Below, piece by piece: positions 26,324 through 35,913 of a DNA stretch of 64,000 bases. The notes under the pieces were generated by a model, which worked only from the letters and a program-made list of their open reading frames with translations, searched no databases and was not told where the DNA came from. This DNA comes from Dokdonella sp. (GTDB lineage: Bacteria > Pseudomonadota > Gammaproteobacteria > Xanthomonadales > Rhodanobacteraceae): contig NZ_JAGIAG010000018.1 of assembly GCF_017744955.1 (NCBI RefSeq), positions 235,960 through 299,959 of the forward strand, read 5' to 3'. The position numbers were made by a program, and so were the translations under genes. Within the stretch, counting starts at the first letter, position 1; each line of letters opens with the position of its first letter.

Positions 26324-27865
26324 TCAGGTATCCGTCGCCAGCAGCAGATCCAGATGCAGACGGCCGTCGAGCTGCGCGGCCTCGTTCTCGGCGCGCCAGA
26401 TCGCCATCACCTCGTCGGGCTCGACGCAGCGCTGGCGACGACCGTCGCGATGCAGCACCACGAAGGCCGGATAGAAGCGGCGCAGCCAGCGCAGGTAGTC
26501 GATCGGGGCGCTCGCCGTGGCGCGTTCGATCGCCCAGGGATGGAACTCGGTCACCAGCACGGGACGGAACTTCTCCAGCGTGCGTTCCAGGCCGCGCATC
26601 GCCAGCGGCTCCATGCCTTCGACGTCGATCTTGATCAGATCGAGCCGGTCGCACTCGCGCAGCACCTCGTCGAGCACGACCACCGGCACGCGTTCGCCGC
26701 TGCCCTTGGCGTCGCGCAGACGTTCGCCGGCCGCCGCCGGGCGCGCGCTGTTGGAGGTGGTCGGATGCGTGCGCAATTCGATCGCACCGGTCCGGTTCGA
26801 CGCCGCCGCGGCGATCAGCTCGAGCTGACGGAAGCCGTTCGCCTGCGCCGAGCGCGCGATCAGCCGGCGGTTGCGCGCGATCGGCTCGACCGCGATCACG
26901 CGCCCGCGCGGCCCGACCAGCGAAGCGGCGAGCAGGCTCATCAGGCCGATGTTCGCGCCGACGTCGAGGGCGACGTCGCCTTCGTGCAGGCGCTCGCGCA
27001 GCGCGTTCGCGACGTGCGGCTCGTGTGCCTGGCCGGCCAGGACCGGCGCGCCCATGTGCGCGTCGCTGGCGTAGGCGTAGACGTGGTAGCCGTTCTGCTC
27101 CACCGTCTGCGGCATCTCGGCGTCGTTGACGACGTACCAGCGCCGCCCGCGCCAGCCGGGCCCGGCCGAGGCGTCGTCGAGCGCGCTCAACAGGCGCAGG
27201 TGAGGATGACGGGCGAGACGCGCGTGCAGCTCGCGTTCCGGCAATTCGTGCATCTCGAATACGTCGCGGCGGCGCCAGAGCACACGGCGCAGCGGGTTCA
27301 GCCAGCGATTGGGCAGCCATCCGAACACGCGTCCGCGCAGGCTGGTGTCGGTCTCCTCGACGAAATGGAACACCGCCACGCCGCCGGGCGCGAGCACGCG
27401 GAAGAACTCGTCGACGTAGCCGGCCGCCAATGCGGTCGGGATGTGCTGCAGGGTGATGTGCGAGAACACCAGATCGACGCTGGCGTCGGCGATGCCGTCC
27501 AGGCGCGGCGAGGCGTTCTCGCGGAATTCGAGGCGATCCGCATCGGCGTTCAACTCGCGCGCGGCCGCGATCATGCTGGCCGACACGTCGACGCCGATCA
27601 CGTGCTCGAAGTGCGCGCCGAGCGCCCGCGACAGCCGGCCGACGCCGCATCCGAAGTCGAGCGCGAGTCCGCGCTCGCGCGGCCAGCCCTCGGCGGCGAG
27701 CAGGGCGAGCTGCGCATCGACCTCGAGCTTGCCGGTGGCGAAGAATTCGTCGAGCTGCCAGCGCCCCTCGCGCTTGTCCGGCTGCGACAGGACCGCCCAG
27801 AGCGGATCGTCGCGACCGAGTATCTGCCAGACGCGACGGAGGCGTTCGAGTTCAGTACGGGACAT
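26324..27865 (-). CDS. Fusion of a class I SAM-dependent methyltransferase (N-terminal) and an FkbM-family methyltransferase (C-terminal)
   Basis: 513 aa. N-terminal half LALDFGCGVGRLSRALGAHFEHVIGVDVS...LVFSHITLQHI...LAPGGVAVF. C-terminal half ALDVGANIGLMSLLAA...RVIAVEPIARN...LDLIKIDVEGMEPLAMRGL...PVLVTEFHP. Confidence 0.85.
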   Translation of the reverse strand: MSRTELERLRRVWQILGRDDPLWAVLSQPDKREGRWQLDEFFATGKLEVDAQLALLAAEGWPRERGLALDFGCGVGRLSRALGAHFEHVIGVDVSASMIAAARELNADADRLEFRENASPRLDGIADASVDLVFSHITLQHIPTALAAGYVDEFFRVLAPGGVAVFHFVEETDTSLRGRVFGWLPNRWLNPLRRVLWRRRDVFEMHELPERELHARLARHPHLRLLSALDDASAGPGWRGRRWYVVNDAEMPQTVEQNGYHVYAYASDAHMGAPVLAGQAHEPHVANALRERLHEGDVALDVGANIGLMSLLAASLVGPRGRVIAVEPIARNRRLIARSAQANGFRQLELIAAAASNRTGAIELRTHPTTSNSARPAAAGERLRDAKGSGERVPVVVLDEVLRECDRLDLIKIDVEGMEPLAMRGLERTLEKFRPVLVTEFHPWAIERATASAPIDYLRWLRRFYPAFVVLHRDGRRQRCVEPDEVMAIWRAENEAAQLDGRLHLDLLLATDT

Positions 27866-27958
27866 CGACGGCGATCAAGAGCGGCAGCGTGGAACGAAAG
27901 AGCGCGATGATCGCACGAGTCGCCCCTGGATCGCGCCTTTGCTTCTGAAGAAGCTTCT

Positions 27959-28029
27959 CTCGCAGAGGCGCAGAGATCGCGGAGAAAATCTGAAGAATCT
28001 CTTCTCTGCGATCTCTGCGCCTCTGCGAG
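27959..28029. repeat. REP-like palindromic element, copy 2 (between the pilU stop and the methyltransferase start)
   Basis: 28-bp arms CTCGCAGAGGCGCAGAGATCGCGGAGAA (27959-27986) and TTCTCTGCGATCTCTGCGCCTCTGCGAG (28002-28029), complementary at 27 of 28 positions, with a 15-nt loop. Probably also acts as the pilU terminator hairpin. Confidence 0.8.
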
Positions 28030-28051
28030 AAAACGCTCCTCCGGAAGCTCC

Positions 28052-29179
28052 TCAGGTCTCCACCAGCTCCACGCCGTCGAGTCCCTGGCTCAGCGTGTGC
28101 GCGTCGCCGCCCTGCGCCAGCTTGATCTTCAGGCGCACCTCGTTGGCCGAATCGGCGTGGCGCAGCGCGTCCTCGTAGCTGATCTCGCCGGCCTGGTACA
28201 GCTCGAACAGGCTCTGGTCGAAGGTGCGCATGCCGAGGTTGGTCGATTCCTTCATCACGTCCTTGAGCTTGTGGATCTCGCCCTGGCGGATGTAGTCGGC
28301 GACCAGCGGCGTGCCGAGCATGACCTCCATCGCGACGCGGCGCGCCTTGCCGTCCGGCGTCGGAATCAGCTGCTGCGCGACGACGCCCTTGAGGTTCAGC
28401 GACAGGTCCATGAACAGCTGCTGGCGGCGGTCCTCGGCGAAGAAATGGATGATGCGGTCCATCGCCTGGTTGGCGTTGTTCGCATGCAGCGTGCACAGGC
28501 ACAGGTGACCGGTCTCGGAGAAGTTGATCGCGTGCTCCATCGTCTCGCGCGTGCGCACCTCGCCGATCATGATGACGTCGGGCGCCTGGCGCAGCGTGTT
28601 CTTCAGCGCGTTGTCCCAGGAATCGGTGTCGATGCCGAGTTCGCGCTGGGTGACGATGCAGCCGGCGTGCTCGTGCACGTACTCGATCGGGTCCTCGATC
28701 GTGATGATGTGGCCGGTGGAGTTCTGATTGCGGTAGCCGATCATCGCCGCCAGCGAGGTCGACTTACCGGTACCGGTGGCGCCGACGAAGATGATGATGC
28801 CGCGCTTGGTCATCGCCAGCGACTTGATGATCGACGGCAGGCTGAGCTCTTCGATGGTCGGAATGCGCGTCTCGATCCGGCGCAACACCATGCCGACGCA
28901 GTTGCGCTGGTAGAAGCACGAGACGCGGAAGCGGCCGACGCCGGTCACCGAGATCGCGAACTGGCACTCGTGCGTCTTCTCGAACTCCTCGCGCTGCGAG
29001 GGCGTCATCACGTTCAGCACCATGTCGCGCGACTGCTGCGGCGTCAGCGCGTTCTGCGTGATCGGCGCGATGCGGCCGTTGACCTTCATCGACGGCGCCA
29101 CGCCGGCCGTGATGAACAGGTCCGACGCCTTCTTGTGCGACATCAGCTTCAGATACGAGGTGAAGTCGACGCTGCTCAT
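28052..29179 (-). CDS. pilU: Type IV pilus retraction-type ATPase PilU
   Basis: 375 aa. PilU-type N-terminus (FTSYLKLMSHKKASDLFITAGVAPSMKVNG), Walker A GATGTGKST, ITIEDPIE, LRQAPDVIMIGEVR, His box CLCTLHANNANQ. Confidence 0.9.
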   Translation of the reverse strand: MSSVDFTSYLKLMSHKKASDLFITAGVAPSMKVNGRIAPITQNALTPQQSRDMVLNVMTPSQREEFEKTHECQFAISVTGVGRFRVSCFYQRNCVGMVLRRIETRIPTIEELSLPSIIKSLAMTKRGIIIFVGATGTGKSTSLAAMIGYRNQNSTGHIITIEDPIEYVHEHAGCIVTQRELGIDTDSWDNALKNTLRQAPDVIMIGEVRTRETMEHAINFSETGHLCLCTLHANNANQAMDRIIHFFAEDRRQQLFMDLSLNLKGVVAQQLIPTPDGKARRVAMEVMLGTPLVADYIRQGEIHKLKDVMKESTNLGMRTFDQSLFELYQAGEISYEDALRHADSANEVRLKIKLAQGGDAHTLSQGLDGVELVET

Positions 29180-29233
29180 GGTTCTGGCTCCCCCGAGATT
29201 TCGGCCGGCATCTTACACCCCGCCCAGCCCGAT

Positions 29234-29255
29234 CCTGTGCGACCTGTCGCACAGG
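29234..29255. promoter_or_regulatory. Perfect 10-2-10 palindrome upstream of pilU (candidate operator)
   Basis: CCTGTGCGAC-CT-GTCGCACAGG, 55-76 nt upstream of the pilU ATG and 47 nt past the lptG stop. A 2-nt spacer is too short for an RNA loop, which favours a dimeric protein binding site. Confidence 0.35.
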
Positions 29256-29301
29256 GCGGCGGCCGGTGCACGGTCGCCGGCGGCCCTGCGTCCGCGCGGC
29301 C

Positions 29302-30450
29302 TCAGGCGTGCTTGCGGAAGTACACCCATGCCGCGGCGGCGAGGATCAGCGGCGGAACCATGTTCGCCAGCGCGGGATGCAGGCTGTAGACCGCGCCGAG
29401 GCTGACGATCGCGCGCTGCAGGAAGTAGAAGCCGAGCGCGAGCACGATGCCGAGGAACAGGCGCTTGGACAGGCCGCCGCTGCGCAGCGCGCCGAACGCG
29501 AACGGCACCGCGCAGAACGCCAGCGCGAGCACGTTGACCGGATAGAACACGCGTGCCCAGTACGCGCTGCGGAAGCTCGATGCGTCCTGGCGGTTGCGGT
29601 CGAGGTAGTAGATGTTGCGGTCGAGGTCGCGCAGCGGCATGTACTGCGGCTGGACGATGCTCAGCGACAGCAGGCCCGGGTCGAGTCCGGACTTCCAGCT
29701 CAGCTCCGGCTGCACGGTGCTGGTCGCGCTCTCGGTGCTGAACTGGGTGCGGCGGACCCCGCGCAGGGTCCAGTCGTTCTCCACGTGCGCGGCGCCGTCG
29801 GCGACCGACAGCGACAACAGACGTCCCTCGGCGTCGAACTCGAACACGCGCACGCCGTCCAGATCGACTTCGCCGGTCGCGGTCTGGGTCCGGCCGCGGC
29901 GCGCGCTGACCACGGTCTCGCCGTCGCGCGCCCACAAGGTGCCGCCCTTCGCCAGCGCGACGTCCTTGGTCTTGGACGCCATCGAGAATGCCTTGCCCTG
30001 GCGGTCGCCCCAGGGGCCGAGCGTCTCGCCGAGCACCGCGGTGAAGGCGGTCAGCAGCGCGAGACTGAGCGCGACCGAGGCGCAGATGCGCAGCTTCGAC
30101 AGGCCCGCGGCGCGCAACGCGGTCAGCTCGCCGCTGTTGGCGAGGCCGCCGAGTCCGATCAGGCCGCCGATCAGCGCGGCATAGCCGAACATCTCGTAGA
30201 AGCGTCGCGGCACCGTCAGCAGCGTGTAGGTGGCGGCGTTGAGCAGCGTGTACTGCCCCTTGCCGACATCGTCCAGCTCGCCGATGAAGGCACGGAACGC
30301 GTCCAGCGAGACGATCGTGCACCAGGTGATGACGACCGCGGTCAGCACGGCCATCGCGACCAGCCGGTCGACGCGCTTGACCGTGAAGAAATCGGCCAGC
30401 GCCGCCGCCGGCCTCTTCCGCGCCGCCGGCCTGGAAGCCCACTGCATCAT
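29302..30450 (-). CDS. lptG: LPS export ABC permease LptG
   Basis: 382 aa from ATG 30448-30450, overlapping the lptF stop (ATGA). YjgP/YjgQ-type permease with a periplasmic beta-jellyroll segment between TM3 and TM4. The track ORF 29302..31725 is an over-extension. Confidence 0.88.
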   Translation of the reverse strand: MMQWASRPAARKRPAAALADFFTVKRVDRLVAMAVLTAVVITWCTIVSLDAFRAFIGELDDVGKGQYTLLNAATYTLLTVPRRFYEMFGYAALIGGLIGLGGLANSGELTALRAAGLSKLRICASVALSLALLTAFTAVLGETLGPWGDRQGKAFSMASKTKDVALAKGGTLWARDGETVVSARRGRTQTATGEVDLDGVRVFEFDAEGRLLSLSVADGAAHVENDWTLRGVRRTQFSTESATSTVQPELSWKSGLDPGLLSLSIVQPQYMPLRDLDRNIYYLDRNRQDASSFRSAYWARVFYPVNVLALAFCAVPFAFGALRSGGLSKRLFLGIVLALGFYFLQRAIVSLGAVYSLHPALANMVPPLILAAAAWVYFRKHA

Positions 30451-31637
30451 GCCGCCCTCCTCGCCGTACGCGGCGCGCGCAGGCGCTGGCCGTTCCAGAT
30501 CAGCCAGCCGGCCAGCGCCAGCGTCGGCAGATACACCCACCACAACCCGAAACCGGGCGCCAGCTTGCCGACGCTGATCCACGAACGCCCGAGCAGGAGG
30601 CCGTTGTAGTAGACCAGCCAGAGCAGCAGCGCGAGCAGCAGGCGCGCGTAGCGCGGCTCGCGCGGGCTCGACTTGGACAACGGCAGCGCGAGCAGGGCCA
30701 GCACCAGCACCGACAGCGGCGCGGCGAGGCGCCAATGCAGTTCGGCGAGCATGACCGGATCGGCGTCGCCGCCGAGCAGCGCCCCGGTCGGCGCGGAGCG
30801 CTTGGCGGTGAGTTCGTTGGTGTCGTTGTCGCCGTCGGGCAGCTTGATGTCGTTGCGCGCGAAGCGCATCAGGCGGAAATCGTCCTCGCCGAGCTTGCCT
30901 TCGACGCGGAAACCGTCCTGCAGCGCGATGTAGCGGCCGACGCCGTCGGCGTCGTGGTAGAGATAGCCGTGCGTGGCGGTGATCACGTCGATGCGCGTCT
31001 TGCCGCCGTCCTTGTCCGGCCGCTCGTTCTCGATGAACATGCGCTTGAACCGGGTGCCGTCGGCGGACATCTCGCCGACGTAGATGACGCCGTCGCGTCC
31101 GGGCAGGTCGACGAAGCGCCCGGGTTCGAGGCCGGCGACGATCAGCGAGCGGTTGGCTTCCTGCATCAGGCTCTGGGACAGGCGGTCGGCGGCCGGAGCG
31201 AGCCAGAACGAAACCGTGCCGAGCGCGACCATCGCCGGCAGCGCGAACAGCGCGAGAGGCCGCATCAGCCCGCCGACGTCGAGTCCGGACGACTGCAGCA
31301 CGGCCATCTCGCTGTCGCGCCACAGGCGGCCGTAGGCGAGCAGCACGCCGAGCAGGATCGCGAGCGGCAGCAGGATGGTCAGCGCGCCGACGCTGCGCAG
31401 GCCGATCAGGGTGAACAGGAGATCCGCCGGGATGCGCCCGCGCGCGATCTTCGCCAGCAGGTCGGCGACCGCGCCGCCGACCGTCACCAGCAGCAGCACG
31501 ACGGTCGCCGCGAGCACGCTGGTGGCGAGCTCGCGCAGCAGGTAGCGGTCGATGATGCGCAGGCGCAGCCACCTCGATCCGCGCAGGGCGGCGAGGCTTT
31601 GCCTTAGAATGGACGGCTTCGCGTGCGTATCGGTCAT
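30447..31637 (-). CDS. lptF: LPS export ABC permease LptF
   Basis: 396 aa: IIDRYLLRELATSVLAATVVLLLV and LWRDSEMAVLQSSG. Divergent from pepA, as in E. coli. The true start may be internal, nearer to IIDRYLL. Confidence 0.85.
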   Translation of the reverse strand: MTDTHAKPSILRQSLAALRGSRWLRLRIIDRYLLRELATSVLAATVVLLLVTVGGAVADLLAKIARGRIPADLLFTLIGLRSVGALTILLPLAILLGVLLAYGRLWRDSEMAVLQSSGLDVGGLMRPLALFALPAMVALGTVSFWLAPAADRLSQSLMQEANRSLIVAGLEPGRFVDLPGRDGVIYVGEMSADGTRFKRMFIENERPDKDGGKTRIDVITATHGYLYHDADGVGRYIALQDGFRVEGKLGEDDFRLMRFARNDIKLPDGDNDTNELTAKRSAPTGALLGGDADPVMLAELHWRLAAPLSVLVLALLALPLSKSSPREPRYARLLLALLLWLVYYNGLLLGRSWISVGKLAPGFGLWWVYLPTLALAGWLIWNGQRLRAPRTARRAA

Positions 31638-31852
31638 GCAGCGGGTTCGCTCTCCGCGGGTCGAGCCGGACGGGCACTCCGTCGCGGCCAGCCGGCAAGT
31701 GTACCCCGCGCGGCGCGCCCATCATGCAGATGCATCGTTAACGGCGCATGGATGTGCCGCCGCGGCCGGCGCGGCTGATTCGACGGCCGCTCGCTCGCGA
31801 ACCGCGGCAGGACGCCCGCTTTCGCCATCGATTCGGAACGGATAGACACCCC

Positions 31853-33337
31853 ATGACCCTGAAGTTCAGCACCACCGCCGACGCCCCCGAGACCGCCGCC
31901 GCGCCCTGCCTCGTCGTCGGCCTGTACGAGGACCGCACCCTGTCGAGCGCCGCCGCGCGCGTCGACGAGCGTTCCGGCGGCGCGATCAAGCGCCTGATCG
32001 ACAGCGGCGACGCGACCGGCAAGCTCGGCAGCACGACTCTGCTGTTCGGTCTCGCCGGCATCGCCGCGCCGCGCGTGCTGGTGGTCGGCCTCGGCGAGCA
32101 GAAGAAGTTCGACGCCGCCGCGTTCCATCGCGCCGCGAACGACGCCGGCCGCGCGCTGAAGAACCTGCCGGTCGACGCCGCCGCGTCGTACCTGACCGAA
32201 CTCGACGTGCCCGGCCGCGACCTCGCCTGGAAACTCCGCACCGCCGCGCTCGCCGCCGACGCGCAGGCCTATCGCTACACCGCGACGTTCAAGCCGAAGG
32301 AAGCCTCGAAGGCGCCGCAGCTCGGTGCGATCGCATTCGCCGCCGCGGCCGGCACCGCCGATCGCGCGCTGAACGAAGCCGCCGCGATCGCCAGCGGCGT
32401 GCGCTTCGCGCGCGAGCTGGGCAACCTGCCGCCGAACATCTGCAATCCGGCCTACCTCGCGGCGCAGGCGCAGCAGCTCGCCGACGCGCACGCCGGCGTC
32501 AGCCTCAGCGTGCTCGAGCGCGAGGACATGGCCAAGCTCGGCATGGGCTCCCTGCTCGGCGTCGCGCAAGGCTCGGCCAATCCGCCGAAGCTGATCGTGC
32601 TGCAATGGAAGGGCGGCGGCGACGCCAGGCCCTACGCGCTGGTCGGCAAGGGCATCACCTTCGACACCGGCGGCATCTCGATCAAGCCCGGCGCCGGAAT
32701 GGAGGAGATGAAGTTCGACATGTGCGGCGCCGCCGGCGTGCTCGGCACCTTCCTCGCCGCGGTGGAGCTGAAGCTGCCGATCAACCTCCTGTGCATCGTG
32801 CCGGCGGTCGAGAACATGCCCGACGGCAACGCCTATCGCCCGAGCGACATCCTGACCAGCCTGTCGGGCCTGACCATCGAGGTGCTCAACACCGACGCCG
32901 AAGGCCGCCTGATCCTGTGCGACGCGCTGACCTACGCGCAAAGTTTCGACCCGCAGGTCATCATCGACGCGGCGACGCTGACCGGCGCCTGCGTGGTCGC
33001 GCTCGGCAAGCACGCCTCCGGCCTGATGAGCAAGGACGACGAGCTCGCCGAGCAGCTGCTCGCCGCCGGCAGCGTGACGCACGATCGCGCCTGGCGCCTG
33101 CCGCTGTGGGACGACTACCAGAGCCAGCTCGACTCCGGCTTCGCCGACGTCGCCAACATCGGCGGCAAGTACGCCGGCGCGATCACCGCCGGCTGCTTCC
33201 TGTCGCGCTTCGTCAACGGCCGCCGCTGGGCGCACCTGGACATCGCCGGCACCGCCTGGGAGGAAGGCCGCAAGGGCCTCGCCACCGGCCGCCCGGTGCC
33301 GCTGCTGACGCAATACCTGATCGACCGCAGCGCGTGA
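31853..33337 (+). CDS. pepA: Leucyl aminopeptidase PepA (M17)
   Basis: 494 aa from ATG 31853: [41 protein letters not shown]. Confidence 0.93.
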   Translation: MTLKFSTTADAPETAAAPCLVVGLYEDRTLSSAAARVDERSGGAIKRLIDSGDATGKLGSTTLLFGLAGIAAPRVLVVGLGEQKKFDAAAFHRAANDAGRALKNLPVDAAASYLTELDVPGRDLAWKLRTAALAADAQAYRYTATFKPKEASKAPQLGAIAFAAAAGTADRALNEAAAIASGVRFARELGNLPPNICNPAYLAAQAQQLADAHAGVSLSVLEREDMAKLGMGSLLGVAQGSANPPKLIVLQWKGGGDARPYALVGKGITFDTGGISIKPGAGMEEMKFDMCGAAGVLGTFLAAVELKLPINLLCIVPAVENMPDGNAYRPSDILTSLSGLTIEVLNTDAEGRLILCDALTYAQSFDPQVIIDAATLTGACVVALGKHASGLMSKDDELAEQLLAAGSVTHDRAWRLPLWDDYQSQLDSGFADVANIGGKYAGAITAGCFLSRFVNGRRWAHLDIAGTAWEEGRKGLATGRPVPLLTQYLIDRSA

Positions 33338-33783
33338 GCACCGACGACGCCCTCCAACGCTGGAAGGTGCAGGCGATCGCCGCGGTCTTCGGCATCAACC
33401 TGATCTTCGGCGCGCTGCTGGTCGTGCTCTATCCCGGCCTGACCGACGCCGCCACCGCGCAGGCGACGGTCGAGGCCCTGCGCGGCAGCTCGCTGAACGT
33501 CCTCTACCAGCTGGCGACCCTGGTCGCCTGCTTCGCCTGGCTGCACTTCGACTCGCGCCAGCTCGACATCCGGCGGCCGTGGTGGCTGAACGTCGGCATC
33601 GTGCTGATCACCTCGATCTTCGTGCCGTACTACCTGTACAAGACGCGCCCGGCCGGACATCGCGGCCAGGCGATCCTGAGCTTCCTCGGCGTGGTGTTCG
33701 GCAGCGTGATCGCGATGATGATCGGCATGTTCCTCGCGCTGGCGCTGCAGCCGGGCACGGCGCAACCCGGAACGACTCTGTGA
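33334..33783 (+). CDS. Small integral membrane protein, unknown function
   Basis: 149 aa from GTG 33334, overlapping the pepA stop (GTGA). Four hydrophobic helices and GC3-rich codon usage. Lies between pepA and holC. Confidence 0.6.
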   Translation: MSTDDALQRWKVQAIAAVFGINLIFGALLVVLYPGLTDAATAQATVEALRGSSLNVLYQLATLVACFAWLHFDSRQLDIRRPWWLNVGIVLITSIFVPYYLYKTRPAGHRGQAILSFLGVVFGSVIAMMIGMFLALALQPGTAQPGTTL

Positions 33784-33793
33784 GGGCTGGCCG

Positions 33794-34216
33794 ATGCCGC
33801 GCGCCGACTTCTACCTGATCGACAAGCCGCGTTTCCGCGACGATCCGCTGCTGCTGGTCTGCGAGCTGGCGAAGAAGGCCTACGCCAGCGAGCAGCCGAC
33901 GCTGATCCTGGCGCGCTCGCAGGACCAGGCCGAAGCGATCGACGAGAAATTGTGGGAATTCGACGAGCACGCGTTCATCCCGCACCAGCTCGCCGGCGAC
34001 GAGGACGACGCGATCACCGCCGTGCTGATCGCGCCGCCGGGCGTCGCCACCGCCGACCGTCCGCTGGTGATCAACCTGCGCGACGACTGCGCGCCCGGCC
34101 TGTTCGAGCGCGTGCTCGAAGTCGTGCCGGCCGACGAGGCGCAGCGTGCCGGCTCGCGCGAGCGCTGGAAGACCTACCGGCAGGCCGGATTCGAAGTCGC
34201 CAAGTTCGACATGTAG
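33794..34216 (+). CDS. holC: DNA polymerase III chi subunit
   Basis: 140 aa: RADFYLIDKP...LLLVCELAKKAY...ILARSQDQAEAIDEKLWEF...FIPH. pepA-holC synteny. Confidence 0.88.
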   Translation: MPRADFYLIDKPRFRDDPLLLVCELAKKAYASEQPTLILARSQDQAEAIDEKLWEFDEHAFIPHQLAGDEDDAITAVLIAPPGVATADRPLVINLRDDCAPGLFERVLEVVPADEAQRAGSRERWKTYRQAGFEVAKFDM

Positions 34217-34320
34217 CGCCGCCTCGCAGCCCGTGACGGCGACGGCGCGTTCCGGCGACCGACCGCCACGCCGATCGGATAGGCTCGGTCATCCGCTGTT
34301 TTCGCCCTCGACGCCAGGCC

Positions 34321-35904
34321 ATGTCCGGATCCACGCCCACGCCAGCCCCCGGCCGCGCACTCCTCCTGCGACTCACGCTCTACGGCGGCGTGCCGCTGCT
34401 GGCGATGCTCGCCTGCGCGCCGCTGCTCGATGCGGGCTTCCAGGCCGAGGATTTCTACTGGCTCGCGCTCGTGCGCCACCTCGACGCGCCGTTGATTCCG
34501 TTCTACGAGAACGTCGCCCTGGCCTACTTCTACCGGCCGATCGGACTGATGTTCTGGGAATTGTGCACCTGGCTCGGCGGCACCGATCCCTGGGTGCACA
34601 ACCTGCTCGACCTGCTGCTGCACGGCGTCAACGCGCTGCTGATCGGATCGGTGGCGACGCGCCTCGCACGCGATCGCCGCATCGGCATCCTCGCCGGCGT
34701 GCTGTTCGCCTGCCTGCCGGCGACCTCCGGCACCGCCTTGTGGACCTCGGATCGCTTCGATCCGGTCTGCCTGTTCTTCGGCCTGCTCGCCCTGCACGCA
34801 TTCGAACGCGCGCTGGCCGGCCGCCGCGCGTTCGGCTTTCTGGCCGCGGCGAGCCTGGCCCTGTGCCTGAGCTCGAAGGAAGTCGGCCTGGCCGTCGCCG
34901 CGGCGATGCTCGCGCTGCTCGGCTGGCAATGGCTGCGCACGCGCGAGCGACGCTGGGATCTGCTCGCCATGGTGCTGGCGCCGATGGCCGTCGTGTTCGT
35001 CCTGCACACGGCGACGGTGCCGTCCTTCGGTTTTTCCCTCGACGGCGCGCAATCGCTGTCGGCGCTGCTCGGCGGCGTCGGCTACTGGTGGTTGCGCCTG
35101 CCCGCCGCCGTGTTCGGCTTTCGCCCGGTCGGCGCAGGCTGGTGGCCGCTGCTCGCCACCGCGGCGCTGCTCGCGCTGGTCGGCCTCGCGCGGGCGATCC
35201 GGCAGGGTCAGGAGGGTGCCGTGCGGCTCGCCTGCGTCGGCGCGGTCATGTTCGTCGTCCCGGCGCTGCTGCAATGGCCGGTCACGCGGCTGGCGCTCAG
35301 CGACGCGGCCGGACTCGGGCTCACCATCAATCTCCGTTTCTACTACCTCGCCTTCGCCGGCTGCGCGCTGCTCTGGGCGGCGGCCATCGCCGGTCTGCGC
35401 GGACTGCGTTCGCAGTGGCTGCTGCTCGCCGCATCGCTGGCGCTGGCGCTGCAGGGATTCGCCGTCGCCCACCGCGTCGCGCGCGACTGGGCGAACGAGA
35501 CGCGCGCGCCGACGGCGGCGTATCTGGCGATGGGCGAGGCCCTCGGCAGCCGCTCGTTCGAACCGGGGTGCCGCATCGTCCTGCAGACCTCCGGCTTCCC
35601 GCCGGAATTCGTCTACTACGCCGACGTCATCGTCAAGGCGGTCGCGCCACGCGACTCCCGCGTGCTCGACTGCGCCGTGTTCGGCGACGTGGCGCCGTAC
35701 GCGTCGATCGTCGACGCGCGCTGGTGCAGCGAGGACGCATGGCCGGGACTCGCCGTGCGCCGGCAGCACGGCGTCCGCGGGCTGGCGCAACTGGGCAACC
35801 TGTGCATTCTCGGCTTCGCCGAGCCGCCGGTGCCGACCGAGAGTGCTGAGCTGGCCAGATTCTCGGTCGCCGCGGACGGGCGGATCACTCCGCTGCCGCC
35901 GTAG
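34321..35904 (+). CDS. Polytopic membrane protein resembling GT-C fold glycosyltransferases (ArnT/PMT/GT39-like)
   Basis: 527 aa with at least 10 hydrophobic helices. N-terminal loop FYWLALVRHL...YFYRPIGLMFWEL...NLLDLLLHGVNALLIG is typical of this superfamily. Assignment is by resemblance only. Confidence 0.6.
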   Translation: MSGSTPTPAPGRALLLRLTLYGGVPLLAMLACAPLLDAGFQAEDFYWLALVRHLDAPLIPFYENVALAYFYRPIGLMFWELCTWLGGTDPWVHNLLDLLLHGVNALLIGSVATRLARDRRIGILAGVLFACLPATSGTALWTSDRFDPVCLFFGLLALHAFERALAGRRAFGFLAAASLALCLSSKEVGLAVAAAMLALLGWQWLRTRERRWDLLAMVLAPMAVVFVLHTATVPSFGFSLDGAQSLSALLGGVGYWWLRLPAAVFGFRPVGAGWWPLLATAALLALVGLARAIRQGQEGAVRLACVGAVMFVVPALLQWPVTRLALSDAAGLGLTINLRFYYLAFAGCALLWAAAIAGLRGLRSQWLLLAASLALALQGFAVAHRVARDWANETRAPTAAYLAMGEALGSRSFEPGCRIVLQTSGFPPEFVYYADVIVKAVAPRDSRVLDCAVFGDVAPYASIVDARWCSEDAWPGLAVRRQHGVRGLAQLGNLCILGFAEPPVPTESAELARFSVAADGRITPLPP

Positions 35905-35913
35905 CGAATCGCC

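Noticed and set aside
29302-31725. 807-aa ORF fusing lptG with an upstream extension, and the similar chimeric ORFs 45526-47346 and 45861-48509
   Set aside because: In each case only the C-terminal portion, from an internal ATG that overlaps the preceding gene's stop, has protein-like sequence. The N-terminal extensions are alternate-frame reads of the upstream gene (lptF, the GAF-PP2C-kinase gene, and pssA respectively).
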